Below, piece by piece: positions 7,324 through 16,156 of a stretch of DNA of 20,000 bases. The notes under the pieces are model-generated. The model saw only the letters and a program-made list of their open reading frames with translations, did not search any database and had not been told where the DNA came from. This DNA is from an uncultured virus (IMG/VR IMGVR_UViG_3300031758_000043). Its lineage: Duplodnaviria > Heunggongvirae > Uroviricota > Caudoviricetes. Location of the stretch: the IMG/VR virus record IMGVR_UViG_3300031758_000043, positions 58,258 through 78,257 of that record, one strand, 5' to 3'. The translations under genes and the position numbers were made by a program. Every line of letters begins with the position of its first letter. Position 1 is the first letter of the stretch.

Positions 7324-8052
7324 TGTGTTGTTATTTTTTTGTTCTTGTATAGTTCGCTGGAAATTGTTTCCTGAACTATTTTCTAGTTTATTTATCTTGT
7401 AAACTTTAAAATTGTCTGCAAAGTTTAAACTTTCAGATAAGTCAACTAGTCCAGATTTTTGTATTAAGGAATTTTCTTTCATTGATGAGTAACTCTCGTT
7501 AATCATCGAGAAGTTAGACTTAAGAGATTCGCTCACAGTCTGACGAAGAACAGCCTCAGTAAAACCAGGCTCTCCGACTAAATCGTAAGTAAATATTCTT
7601 TGTAATTTTACTGCTCCGCTCTCGCTTACTTGACCTGCGGCTCTAGAAGAGATCGACAATTGAACTCCTCCATCGATGAGTGCTTTGGCAAGCTTTCCAT
7701 GAGGAGTGTTCTCCAAGAGTCTTACTTTAATATGGACCTTGTTTCCTCCGTCATAATTAAGACCCTCAATGATGTGTGATGCCTCGCTCAACTTAGCCTC
7801 AAAGTGCTGAGGGTGATCGATTGTTCCAACCAACTGTCTTTTTGAGATCTTGTCCTGCAAGTAAGTAAGATGAGGAAGGTATTCAGTCTTTTCGTATACC
7901 CTACGATTGTTATTCATCTGACCAAACACGGCACATACTCCTTCGAGTACTGTTCCTGCCGATCCGGTGTTCTGAACTTGGAGTTTTTCTCCAACGTTCT
8001 CTACGATTAGCACCCAATCATTACGATCGATTTGTGCTGAGTTAGGATTCAT
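6085..8052 (-). CDS. gp21: Prohead core protease (gp21-like) fused to a coiled-coil scaffold/core domain
   Basis: N.N.RVY, GTIDHP (His), SISSRAAG (Ser), TYDLVGEPGF in the first ~170 aa; long repeat-containing helical C-terminus; ATG 8052 preferred over TTG 8055. Confidence 0.9.
   Translation of the reverse strand: MNPNSAQIDRNDWVLIVENVGEKLQVQNTGSAGTVLEGVCAVFGQMNNNRRVYEKTEYLPHLTYLQDKISKRQLVGTIDHPQHFEAKLSEASHIIEGLNYDGGNKVHIKVRLLENTPHGKLAKALIDGGVQLSISSRAAGQVSESGAVKLQRIFTYDLVGEPGFTEAVLRQTVSESLKSNFSMINESYSSMKENSLIQKSGLVDLSESLNFADNFKVYKINKLENSSGNNFQRTIQEQKNNNTMAEFVTKEQMDKYSEVLQKQFTGIKKELKNHRSVLESSQNSPSTDSDLRSYVNYLAESLEGVINYADYLSHKVNQSINYTEHVAETANNGIEYSSYLGEMLNRSVNYQDYVSEKLNQSINYSEYIKESLNNSIKYQNYLAEELDKNIQYTEYVAEGANRGIEFTEYVSENVNLNREYAQYLSEKLGQSIGYSEYIAESLTDGTKLRTRNVLGGVSGLNESSSIDNLISKVDRVITEVNDKSSKAVLENKYPFLKVMSEANKKSFFGLEAGTKQAIVEALNGSVWFNENDITGIMEAVINHKEQNIPTYLRFMPAEYKPIWNEMNESEQGRIHAKAQLYSVNTPYQVKAFWDEVDLRGVNERIEIQKQNNKMQQLNESQSTEGLVPVNQVVEMQRGYSQNYLENMLRGANYRG
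6727..7173 (-). repeat. About 10.6 tandem 14-aa (42-nt) repeats in scaffold domain
   Basis: YVNYLAESLEGVIN/YADYLSHKVNQSIN/YTEHVAETANNGIE/YSSYLGEMLNRSVN/YQDYVSEKLNQSIN/YSEYIKESLNNSIK/YQNYLAEELDKNIQ/YTEYVAEGANRGIE/FTEYVSENVNLNRE/YAQYLSEKLGQSIG/YSEYIAESL. Confidence 0.92.
7387..7396 (-). promoter_or_regulatory. Putative internal late promoter GATAAATAAA
   Basis: Same ATAAATAA core as the two intergenic motifs; ~65 nt upstream of internal ATG 7323. Confidence 0.45.
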
Positions 8053-8065
8053 CAAAGCCTAAAAT

Positions 8066-8079
8066 TTTTTATTATTTAT
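8066..8079 (-). promoter_or_regulatory. Putative late promoter ATAAATAATAAAAA upstream of prohead protease
   Basis: Exact 14-nt match to 4313-4326; resembles T4 gp55-dependent TATAAATA. Confidence 0.6.
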
Positions 8080-8099
8080 TATGGCTTTGAGTAATTTTT

Positions 8100-9104
8100 C
8101 TAAGTTTTAGACTCGCAGTCTAACATTAGTGCTCTTAATTTATCAGATTTTTCTTTACTTAAGGAATAAACGTCAGGCACAGAGACATCGAACTTGACTA
8201 AATATTCCCCTACCTTTCCCTTATCGTCCTTAATTCCGCTATTGGGTATGGAGAACTTTAAGTTATTTAGAGTCTTTGGTCCATTTATCGATGCTTCGTA
8301 TTTCTTATTGAATAGAGTCTCGATCTGTACTTTTTCTTCCCCGAATAGGACCTTACTTAACGGCACCTCTATCGTGTGAACTATTTTATTCTCCTCAATT
8401 GATATTTTTTCGGGAATCTTGAACTCTATCGTCAGGTACAGATCACCAACTAGAGGTATCTGTTCCAGTTCTCCCCAAATATTGGTTCTGGTCACAACTT
8501 CTTCGTTGCCTAGTCCTGAGACTCTGACTACAGTAAAGGTCTTTCCCTTTTCTTTCTTGATCTGAAAGTGGGTCGCTCTAAGGTCTATCGCTATTGTGAT
8601 CTCCTTTTCCTCGTCCTCAACCAAGTAGTTTATTAGGTTTGATACTTTTCCAGTATAATTTATCTTTTTTCTGGTGAACTCAAGCTTTATCTTTGTGCCA
8701 ATTAGTGCATCTGATAGATCTATTTCATGATTTAACTTGATGTCCAGGTGATTGGTAGTCGGTGGCGGCGCGTGAGTTCTTCCTTGGGTCTTTTTTTCTC
8801 TATTTGATCTCTCTCTCCGCCAATCCTCGTTCTTAAAGTTATTCATGAATTCCTCAAAACCGAATCCTCCGCCCTGTCCTCCTTGACGAGGCCCTCCTCC
8901 AAAGTTTCTAGAGTCGTACTCTTGTCTCTTTTTAGAATCGCTCAGAACCGAGTAGGCCTCTGCCAACCTTTTAAACTTTTCTTCTGCTTGTGAATCATCC
9001 TTATTTTTATCAGGATGATACTGTAGAGCCAGCTTACGATATGCCTTTTTTATCTCGGCTTCGTTTGCAGTTCTTGCAACCCCTAAAACTGAATAATAGT
9101 CCAA
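8100..9104 (-). CDS. dnaJ: DnaJ-class chaperone (J domain, G/F region, C-terminal domain; no zinc finger)
   Basis: DYYSVLGV...[18 protein letters not shown]...AEEKFK...[14 protein letters not shown] linker; GDLYL motif; TTG start directly after an in-frame TAA. Confidence 0.92.
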   Translation of the reverse strand: MDYYSVLGVARTANEAEIKKAYRKLALQYHPDKNKDDSQAEEKFKRLAEAYSVLSDSKKRQEYDSRNFGGGPRQGGQGGGFGFEEFMNNFKNEDWRRERSNREKKTQGRTHAPPPTTNHLDIKLNHEIDLSDALIGTKIKLEFTRKKINYTGKVSNLINYLVEDEEKEITIAIDLRATHFQIKKEKGKTFTVVRVSGLGNEEVVTRTNIWGELEQIPLVGDLYLTIEFKIPEKISIEENKIVHTIEVPLSKVLFGEEKVQIETLFNKKYEASINGPKTLNNLKFSIPNSGIKDDKGKVGEYLVKFDVSVPDVYSLSKEKSDKLRALMLDCESKT

Positions 9105-9168
9105 TTAACTTGATTATTTTCTAAACCTAGTGTTCTCTATATTGTATAACAAAAAAAGAAAAAGTTTC

Positions 9169-9783
9169 ATGTCTCTAATTAAGACGTTAAAGGAATTCGC
9201 TGGCATACATACTGGAAAAAAGATAATAGTTTGCGGCTGCGGAGTCTCGCTAGTAGATTTTAAGGAACATCACCAAGATTTCATAACGATTGGGGTGAAT
9301 GACGTTAGTGAGCTATTCGATCCCACATATCTACTAGTCACTGATCATTCAGGAAGGTTCAGCTCTGATAGGAGACGAAGAGTTCACGGAACCAATGCAA
9401 AATACGTGTTTACTTGTGCTAAGGGTTGGTATCACAAAAACCTAGTCCATTTTGAATTAGGAAGCAGGTCCCTTACTAACCTTGACCATCCTGATAGAAT
9501 AGATCATTACATGAATTCTCCGTATGCTGCTGCGATCCTTGCCTACAAGATGGGAGCGAAGAATATCGGCCTGATTGGAGTCGATTTTACAGATGGCCAT
9601 TTCTATAATCTAAAGGACGGTAAACATCCTATAGTGAAATCAAACTACCTTAACAAAGTGAATTCAGCCTATCAGACTCTTAGCAGCGAGCTTGCTAAGA
9701 GAGGCACAACGCTAGTCAACCTAAGTCCAATCAGCAACCTCGCAATACGAAAAATAAGCTTGGAGGAGTTTAAAAAGATATGA
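9169..9783 (+). CDS. Maf/DUF115-like (sialyltransferase-like) glycosyltransferase
   Basis: IIVCGCGVSL, TIGVND, PTYLLVTD, A..LAYKMGAKNIGLIGVDF; ATG 9169 after A-rich tract preferred to GTG 9130. Confidence 0.7.
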   Translation: MSLIKTLKEFAGIHTGKKIIVCGCGVSLVDFKEHHQDFITIGVNDVSELFDPTYLLVTDHSGRFSSDRRRRVHGTNAKYVFTCAKGWYHKNLVHFELGSRSLTNLDHPDRIDHYMNSPYAAAILAYKMGAKNIGLIGVDFTDGHFYNLKDGKHPIVKSNYLNKVNSAYQTLSSELAKRGTTLVNLSPISNLAIRKISLEEFKKI

Positions 9784-10409
9784 AGATAATAATACCCGCT
9801 CGAATGGGATCCAAGGGTCTTCCATTTAAGAATAGAACGTTGTTTAAGTACACGGCAGAATCGATTCCTAATGAATTAAGAGGAGACACATTCGTCACGA
9901 CGGACGATTCAGATATCATGATAATGGCTAGAGCTCATGGTTTCAATGTCATCGACCGACCCTTTTGCCTTGCTCAAGATACAACTTCCACTAAAGATGT
10001 CTTGATCCATGCACTGGGTGAAATTAATCCCGATCCTTACGAGGATGTCATTGTTCTCTATCTTACTTATCCTCAGCGTTCCTGGAAAGACGTTAAGTCT
10101 GCTATGGAGTACGCCGATTCACTAGATTTCAGCGTTAACTCTCTACTCTGTAAAAAGGAATGCCCGAGCCCATACTTGATGATGTTTGAGAAGGGACCAT
10201 TTGGTACCCAAGTCATCCCACACGACCTATATCGACGCCAAGACTATCCTTCCTGTTTTGAGATAAGTCACTTTGTCATAATCTTTAAGGCGCATTACAT
10301 AAATAACTTAAATAGTAATCTGTATTCTGAAACTACTGTTTTCTATGGAATAGACGATGTAGTTGACGTTGACTTACAGAGAGACCTAAATCAATTTTAT
10401 GAAAATTAA
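9780..10409 (+). CDS. neuA: Acylneuraminate (nonulosonate) cytidylyltransferase
   Basis: IIIPARMGSKGLPFKN, VTTDD, RP..LAQD, LYLTYPQR, RRQDYP, DVD. Confidence 0.88.
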   Translation: MKIIIPARMGSKGLPFKNRTLFKYTAESIPNELRGDTFVTTDDSDIMIMARAHGFNVIDRPFCLAQDTTSTKDVLIHALGEINPDPYEDVIVLYLTYPQRSWKDVKSAMEYADSLDFSVNSLLCKKECPSPYLMMFEKGPFGTQVIPHDLYRRQDYPSCFEISHFVIIFKAHYINNLNSNLYSETTVFYGIDDVVDVDLQRDLNQFYEN

Positions 10410-12108
10410 CTTAGCAATAGACTGTCTAGAAGGATATGAATTTAATGCTATTACCTCAATACATTCATTCCTGAATACTAACAAATGGTTTGATGGTAAG
10501 ATATACATAATAGTGCCCAAGCATTCTGTGATTACTTCTAGAATCTCTTCGGAAATTCTATCAATCTATGAGAATTTTGAGATAGTCAATGCTCAAGAAG
10601 ATTTGAATTTTTCAAATGAATTAAGTAAAGCCTCTTCTGACTTAACAAAGATTCAAACTATTCTTTCAATCAAAAGCCTTTACATTAAAGAGGAACGTGT
10701 CCTATTCATTTCAAGTGGGTGTCTCATCTTCAAGGACTTGAGTAAATTACTAGGCACCAACGAAGTAACGCTGATTAGCAATCCATCAGCAGAAATAGAC
10801 TTTTCTGTATTCTATCGAAATAAGATAGCTAATTCTTCTCTATCAATCTCTCAATTACTCAATCAGGTTTTTACTGATCGTAATTCAATACTTTCCCTGT
10901 TTCAAACTAACCAAAAGATCACAACTGTTTTGGGAGAAACTTCTTCTAGTTTTAATGATAGGGTCTTTCTAAAGAAGAAATCAGTCTTAAATCTTCTTAA
11001 TTTCATTAAATATGACACATTAAGAGGAGAATCTAGGAACTATTCTAAGATAAACTATATTTGGATTCAGCATCAAAAGGTAGTCAAAAACATCCTAAAA
11101 AGACCGGCATCCTTCAAAGGAAAGAGGACTTTAAATAAAAGTCTCTCCCCTAAACTTGATGGACTACTTAATTCTCCACAGGCTCAGCCAACTCAAAATA
11201 AGAACATCCAGTCGGCCACAAAGGAAGTAAATCTAAATAAGGCGAGAAGTCTCTTAAGAGTCAGGGAAACGGATAAGAGATACTTACTTAATGAGAAGAA
11301 AAAAGCAGAGAGTCTTTCTCAATATCATGAAACTGTCTCACAATATTCTGAGACTCCTCCTCGACACGATTATGCTACTGCTTGTGTGATAGCATTTTTA
11401 GATCGGCATGAGATGGTTGAACTTAATGTCAAGCTTCTAAGCCAACAAAGTTTGGTACCTGCGATAGTCCTAGTTGCTTCAAATCCAACAGATGCTGCAT
11501 TTGCTAATGGGTTAATTGAAAGATATCCTAACGTGTTCGTCACCTACTATCAAAATTATCCAATAGGCGGAAAGTGGAGAGCCGGGGTAAAGTATGCACA
11601 GCGTCTGAACGTTAGAGGACTGATGATACTCGGATCAGATGATCTACTATCACTAGATTACTTTAAGAAGTGTTACTCAATGATTGATCGCGGTAACGGA
11701 TCGAGCGGGACTGGCGTGGACCTGGTCGGCAATCGTAGCTGGTTTATATACGATACCTCACGGAAGCTCTACAATCTTTCTTACTTGCCTAGCGTGAAAA
11801 TATTTTTAGGCGGAGGAAAGATGTTCTCTAAGAACTTTTTAGATGCAGTTGACTGGGAGATATTTAAACCACTACGACCAGTTCACCTGGACGAGTATGG
11901 ATATGAATTGATTGAAGCATTTAGTAATTCAATGTCTCTAATATCTCAAGATAATTTTATTTTAAGTATAAAAGGAAGCTGGGAAGTCATTAATTCAACT
12001 GATGCTATACTTAAAGCTAGGAATCGAATAAGAGTAATTGATGTTACGACACGGCTCTCTACAATACTCAATAATCTTAAAATAGATCGTAAAGAAATTG
12101 AAATATGA
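10399..12108 (+). CDS. Two-domain putative glycosyltransferase (degenerate GT8-like N-terminus, GT-A/GT2-like C-terminus)
   Basis: C-terminal ACVIAFLDR...L..QS, N.PIGGKWRAG, ILGSDDLLS (DxD-like), GGGKMFS; N-terminal SFL..N.WF resembles GT8. Confidence 0.6.
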   Translation: MKINLAIDCLEGYEFNAITSIHSFLNTNKWFDGKIYIIVPKHSVITSRISSEILSIYENFEIVNAQEDLNFSNELSKASSDLTKIQTILSIKSLYIKEERVLFISSGCLIFKDLSKLLGTNEVTLISNPSAEIDFSVFYRNKIANSSLSISQLLNQVFTDRNSILSLFQTNQKITTVLGETSSSFNDRVFLKKKSVLNLLNFIKYDTLRGESRNYSKINYIWIQHQKVVKNILKRPASFKGKRTLNKSLSPKLDGLLNSPQAQPTQNKNIQSATKEVNLNKARSLLRVRETDKRYLLNEKKKAESLSQYHETVSQYSETPPRHDYATACVIAFLDRHEMVELNVKLLSQQSLVPAIVLVASNPTDAAFANGLIERYPNVFVTYYQNYPIGGKWRAGVKYAQRLNVRGLMILGSDDLLSLDYFKKCYSMIDRGNGSSGTGVDLVGNRSWFIYDTSRKLYNLSYLPSVKIFLGGGKMFSKNFLDAVDWEIFKPLRPVHLDEYGYELIEAFSNSMSLISQDNFILSIKGSWEVINSTDAILKARNRIRVIDVTTRLSTILNNLKIDRKEIEI

Positions 12109-13010
12109 TAACTTTAAGAAACGTAATAGCGTACCTATCTGAAAAAATGGATCTTGAAATAATTTATGGAAATGTTGGTGAAGATCAATCGATCTCTAAA
12201 ATAATAAAATTTGATCCGGCAAACCTGGACAATTCAATTCTTTTTTGGATAAGTGAAAAGAACCTTCCACAGACAAGGGATCTTGTTACTGGGACTTTGA
12301 TAGCTCCACGATCAATCGCTCGTCCTAATAATTTTAATGGAACTCTATTGATTTGTGAAAATCCTAGAAAGGCATTTAGCTTAATAATTAACGAATTCTT
12401 CAAGCCTAGCAATAATTTGATTCCAATTGGTTCTTTAGTCACGATCATGTCAAATGTCCCAAAAAGCTCTAAAGTAGGAAAAGGGACAATTATTGAAAAA
12501 GGGGTGACAATCGGTGAAAACGTAGTCATTGGATACAATAATGTCATTCTATCAGGAACAGTCATTGGAGATAACGTTAAGGTAGGTTCGAACAACACGA
12601 TAGGAGCGGTCGGCTTTGGTTACGAAAGGGGAGAGAATGGAGAATATGAACTGATTTCTCACATAGGAAACGTTGTAATTGAGGATGACGTTGAGATAGG
12701 AAACAATAATTGCATTGATAGAGCGGTTCTTGGATCAACCCTTCTCTGTAAAAATTCCAAGATAGATAACCTAGTTCATATCGCACATGGAGTAAAGATA
12801 GGAAGAAATTCTCTAGTCATCGCAAATTCCATGATTGCTGGAAGCTCTGAGATAGGCGATGACGTATGGATCGCGCCCTCAACTTCTGTGATAAACGGTA
12901 AAACTGTGGGATCAAGATCGATGACTGGCTTAGGTTCAGTCGTGATTTCAAACGTGGATGAAGGCTCATTAGTGGTCGGAGTCCCAGCAAAAAAGATAAA
13001 AGACATATAA
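12105..13010 (+). CDS. lpxD: LpxD-like hexapeptide-repeat N-acyltransferase
   Basis: NPRKAF, GFGYER, GNVVIEDDVEIG.N.CIDRA, KIDNLVHIAHGVKIG (catalytic His), GVPAK; true substrate uncertain. Confidence 0.8.
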   Translation: MITLRNVIAYLSEKMDLEIIYGNVGEDQSISKIIKFDPANLDNSILFWISEKNLPQTRDLVTGTLIAPRSIARPNNFNGTLLICENPRKAFSLIINEFFKPSNNLIPIGSLVTIMSNVPKSSKVGKGTIIEKGVTIGENVVIGYNNVILSGTVIGDNVKVGSNNTIGAVGFGYERGENGEYELISHIGNVVIEDDVEIGNNNCIDRAVLGSTLLCKNSKIDNLVHIAHGVKIGRNSLVIANSMIAGSSEIGDDVWIAPSTSVINGKTVGSRSMTGLGSVVISNVDEGSLVVGVPAKKIKDI

Positions 13011-14770
13011 TGTGCGGAATAAGCGGAATAATTTTTAAAGAGCATTGCACTGACTTCACTCAAGCTAGACTCGAATTGGAACACATGAAATCCTCACAGC
13101 ATCTGAGAGGACCTGATTCTTCTGGTGAGTTTAATGATACTAAAGTATTTTTAGCTCATAATAGACTTTCGATACTTGATCTTAGTCCAGCAGGAAATCA
13201 GCCCATGCAAAATGAGGATTGGGTGATAGTCTTTAACGGGGAGATCTATAATTATGTGGAACTAAGAGACGAGCTCATAGGATTAGGTGAGACCTTTATC
13301 GGTTCTTCTGATACTGAGGTTCTCTTGACCTGTATATCTAGGTTTGGAATCCAGGAAGCACTACAAAAGATAAACGGTATCTTCTCATTTTGTGCATACA
13401 ATAAATACACAAAGGAGGTTCATCTAGTTAGGGACAGACTCGGCGAGAAGCCTCTTTTTTACTACGTGGATGAGAATTCGACCCTTTACTTTTCATCGAA
13501 TCCTTCAGCGATAGTGAATTCATTACCTCAAGTAGACTGGCATCTTGATTACGAAGGACTATGGGAATATTTTGTCCTCGGAGGAATTTTTTCCGATAAG
13601 ACTCTATTCAAAGGGATCAATCGACTTGATTCTGCTTCCGTCTTAAGCTATGTTAATAACGAAATAACTATATCTAAGTATTGGACACCAGTATTTCAGC
13701 CTAATTTGACTGATTCTGATCTTGACTCGCTAATCAGAGAAGCGATAACGAGCCGAACAGTCTCAGACGTCCCAATTGTTCTGTTCTTAAGTGGAGGAGT
13801 TGACTCCAGTGCAGTTGCTGCTGTGCTTAAAGACACTGATGCAGTTCACCTGATATCAGATGAGGTTGATTCTGCGAGAAAGGTCGCTGAAAAATTCAAA
13901 ATGAGATTCAAAGTAGTCCAACCGGCGAGTTTAGACATCTCGGAAACGTTATTCAAGTATTCTGAATTTTCAGGAGAGGCAACGATGGCAGGATTCATTC
14001 CTTATGTGACAAGCAAAGCAATTTCTGGTGAATATAAGGTGGCAATAAGCGCGAATGGAGCAGATGAACTGTTTTTTGGATATCTTAGAATTCCCACACC
14101 AAAAATAAAAAATGAATTCTTTGATAAGTTAAGCAAAAGACGAAACATCAACATAAATCGTCGGTCAAGTCAGCCAGATGGACAGATTGCTGAAATCTTT
14201 AGACACCCTGACAATTTTTCTATTCCTCTTTCAGGAAAAGTTAGTTCAATGGCTGATCTATTGAGATTGATTGAGCTAGAATTAAAGGATTTCAACCAAA
14301 ATGAAGACTTTCCACAGTCTTCAAAATACAGATGGCTCGAACTAATGACCTACGTAAAGGGCGATCTTAATAACACTCTAGATTTTGCAAGCATGGCAAA
14401 CTCCTTAGAGGTAAGGGCTCCTTTCTTAGATTATCGACTAGTTGAGGCCGCTTTAAGCTTGGATGAGACTCGACACATTAATATCAAAAATGGAAGAAAA
14501 CACTTTTTAAAGAAGATCTTAGATTCTGAAGGAGTCGATGAATCGATTTGGAATAGGGATAAACTGGGATTTAGTCTCATTTCTTCCTATTTCAATAGCA
14601 TAGAATCGATCAAAGACTTAGCAGTAAAGGAGCTCAAAAGAGAAGGGTTTTTGTCTATTTCATGTACTAAAGGTAATTTAGGAAGAGACCTTCAATACTT
14701 AAGAAGTTCTGCCTTGGGATTTTTAGCTTGGAAAAAGGCGTGGATCGACAACGGAAAAGTAAAAAAATAA
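13010..14770 (+). CDS. asnB: Asparagine synthase (glutamine-hydrolysing)-like amidotransferase
   Basis: MCGISG (Ntn Cys), RGPD, HNRLSILDLS, FNGEIYNY, RDRLGEKPL, LSGGVDSS, GADELF, SLEVRAPFLD. Confidence 0.92.
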   Translation: MCGISGIIFKEHCTDFTQARLELEHMKSSQHLRGPDSSGEFNDTKVFLAHNRLSILDLSPAGNQPMQNEDWVIVFNGEIYNYVELRDELIGLGETFIGSSDTEVLLTCISRFGIQEALQKINGIFSFCAYNKYTKEVHLVRDRLGEKPLFYYVDENSTLYFSSNPSAIVNSLPQVDWHLDYEGLWEYFVLGGIFSDKTLFKGINRLDSASVLSYVNNEITISKYWTPVFQPNLTDSDLDSLIREAITSRTVSDVPIVLFLSGGVDSSAVAAVLKDTDAVHLISDEVDSARKVAEKFKMRFKVVQPASLDISETLFKYSEFSGEATMAGFIPYVTSKAISGEYKVAISANGADELFFGYLRIPTPKIKNEFFDKLSKRRNININRRSSQPDGQIAEIFRHPDNFSIPLSGKVSSMADLLRLIELELKDFNQNEDFPQSSKYRWLELMTYVKGDLNNTLDFASMANSLEVRAPFLDYRLVEAALSLDETRHINIKNGRKHFLKKILDSEGVDESIWNRDKLGFSLISSYFNSIESIKDLAVKELKREGFLSISCTKGNLGRDLQYLRSSALGFLAWKKAWIDNGKVKK

Positions 14771-14776
14771 GAATCG

Positions 14777-15400
14777 ATGACAGTATTAATATTATCTCCA
14801 CACACGGATGATGCTGAGCTCGGTTGCGGAGGAACGATATCGCGTCTCATTGAGGAAGGTCACTCAGTATGGGTTGCAATATTCTCAACCTGTGATGAGT
14901 CGCTTCCTCCTGGATTTTCTCCAGGGACCTTAAAAACTGAGAGCATAAATTCGTTAGTCTCATTGGGTTTAAATAAGGATCAAATCATCCATTATGACTA
15001 TCAAGTTAGAGTCTTTAACTACAGTAGACAGTCAATATTAGAAGATCTAGTACAGTTAAAGAAGAAGATGTTGCCTGATCTTGTATTCATTCCTTCACTA
15101 GATGATTATCATCAAGATCATAAGACCGTTGCTGAGGAAGGAGTTAGGTGTTTCAAAAACGGCTGCTCAATCCTTTCTTATGAATTGATATGGAACAACA
15201 CTGGATTTAAGAATCAGCTTTACTATGTCTTAGAGGAAAGGCATATCAAGAACAAAATAAAAGCTCTTAAGAATTATGAAACGCAACAAGGAAGATCATA
15301 TCTCTCTGAAGAATTTATTCGCTCCTTAGCTAAGGTTCGGGGAATACAAAATGGCGTAGATCTGGCTGAAGCATATGAAGTCATACGATATAAAATATAA
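14777..15400 (+). CDS. PIG-L/LmbE family N-deacetylase
   Basis: SPHTDDAELGCGG and D.HQDH motifs; YE, K..AL..Y.TQ, AEAYEV. Confidence 0.9.
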   Translation: MTVLILSPHTDDAELGCGGTISRLIEEGHSVWVAIFSTCDESLPPGFSPGTLKTESINSLVSLGLNKDQIIHYDYQVRVFNYSRQSILEDLVQLKKKMLPDLVFIPSLDDYHQDHKTVAEEGVRCFKNGCSILSYELIWNNTGFKNQLYYVLEERHIKNKIKALKNYETQQGRSYLSEEFIRSLAKVRGIQNGVDLAEAYEVIRYKI

Positions 15401-15409
15401 TACATACAA

Positions 15410-16156
15410 ATGCAATCATTATCTAAATTTACCAATTCACCTATTATTATTGGAGGCTGTGGCAGATCTGGAACAACTCTTCTTGCTGCAATTCTTTCAT
15501 CTCATCCAAGTATCTATTCATATACTTACGAAACTATGGCATTCTGTCCCAGTGCATGGATGGATCCCTTAAATAGAAACGTTCCATTTAGTCTTTCCAT
15601 TCTAGAGGAAGTACTCATTGACTCTCCTCCAAGTAAAGAGAACAATAGATTTTTAGAAAAGACCCCTAGAAATACCCTTGTCTATAAAAGAATAGCCGAC
15701 TATTTTAATGATCAAGTTAAGATCATAAATCTTGTAAGAGACGGTCGAGATGTTGTTCTATCGAAGTATCCAGGAAAGGAAGACACACAATACGTAACTG
15801 CTGACTTTTGGAAAACTGAAATTGAGTATGGGATTGAGTGTGAAGATTTTCCATGGTTTAAAACATTTAGATATGAAGATTTAATTCTTAATTTTAAGGA
15901 AACTCTTCTCGATATCTGTGAATTTTGTGAGATTGAATACTGTGATCAATTGACTAACTACACTGACTTTACAAAATATAAAGAATCTGATGCTTGGAGC
16001 CATCGTAAAATTCAAAGCCCTCATCAAAAGTCAATTGGAAAATGGAAGAATCACATGGATCATATTGAAGTAAAAAAGTTGAATTCAGACCCACACAATA
16101 TTGATTTATTAAAAAAATATAACTATGAAATTATTAGTGATTGTTCCAGCATATAA
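15410..16156 (+). CDS. PAPS-dependent sulfotransferase
   Basis: GCGRSGTTLL (5'-PSB), EKTP, VRDGRDVVLS (3'-PB), RYEDL, SIGKWK. Confidence 0.88.
   Translation: MQSLSKFTNSPIIIGGCGRSGTTLLAAILSSHPSIYSYTYETMAFCPSAWMDPLNRNVPFSLSILEEVLIDSPPSKENNRFLEKTPRNTLVYKRIADYFNDQVKIINLVRDGRDVVLSKYPGKEDTQYVTADFWKTEIEYGIECEDFPWFKTFRYEDLILNFKETLLDICEFCEIEYCDQLTNYTDFTKYKESDAWSHRKIQSPHQKSIGKWKNHMDHIEVKKLNSDPHNIDLLKKYNYEIISDCSSI

Noticed and set aside
3838..8379. Short ORFs 3838..4026, 4436..4642, 4504..4770, 6428..6790, 8194..8379
   Set aside because: All lie within confident head-module genes, antisense or off-frame, with no motifs
10299..10305. ATAAATA inside neuA upstream of the 10399 gene (also at 13401 in asnB)
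   Set aside because: A 7-mer is expected by chance at this AT content; lacks the extended match of the intergenic copies
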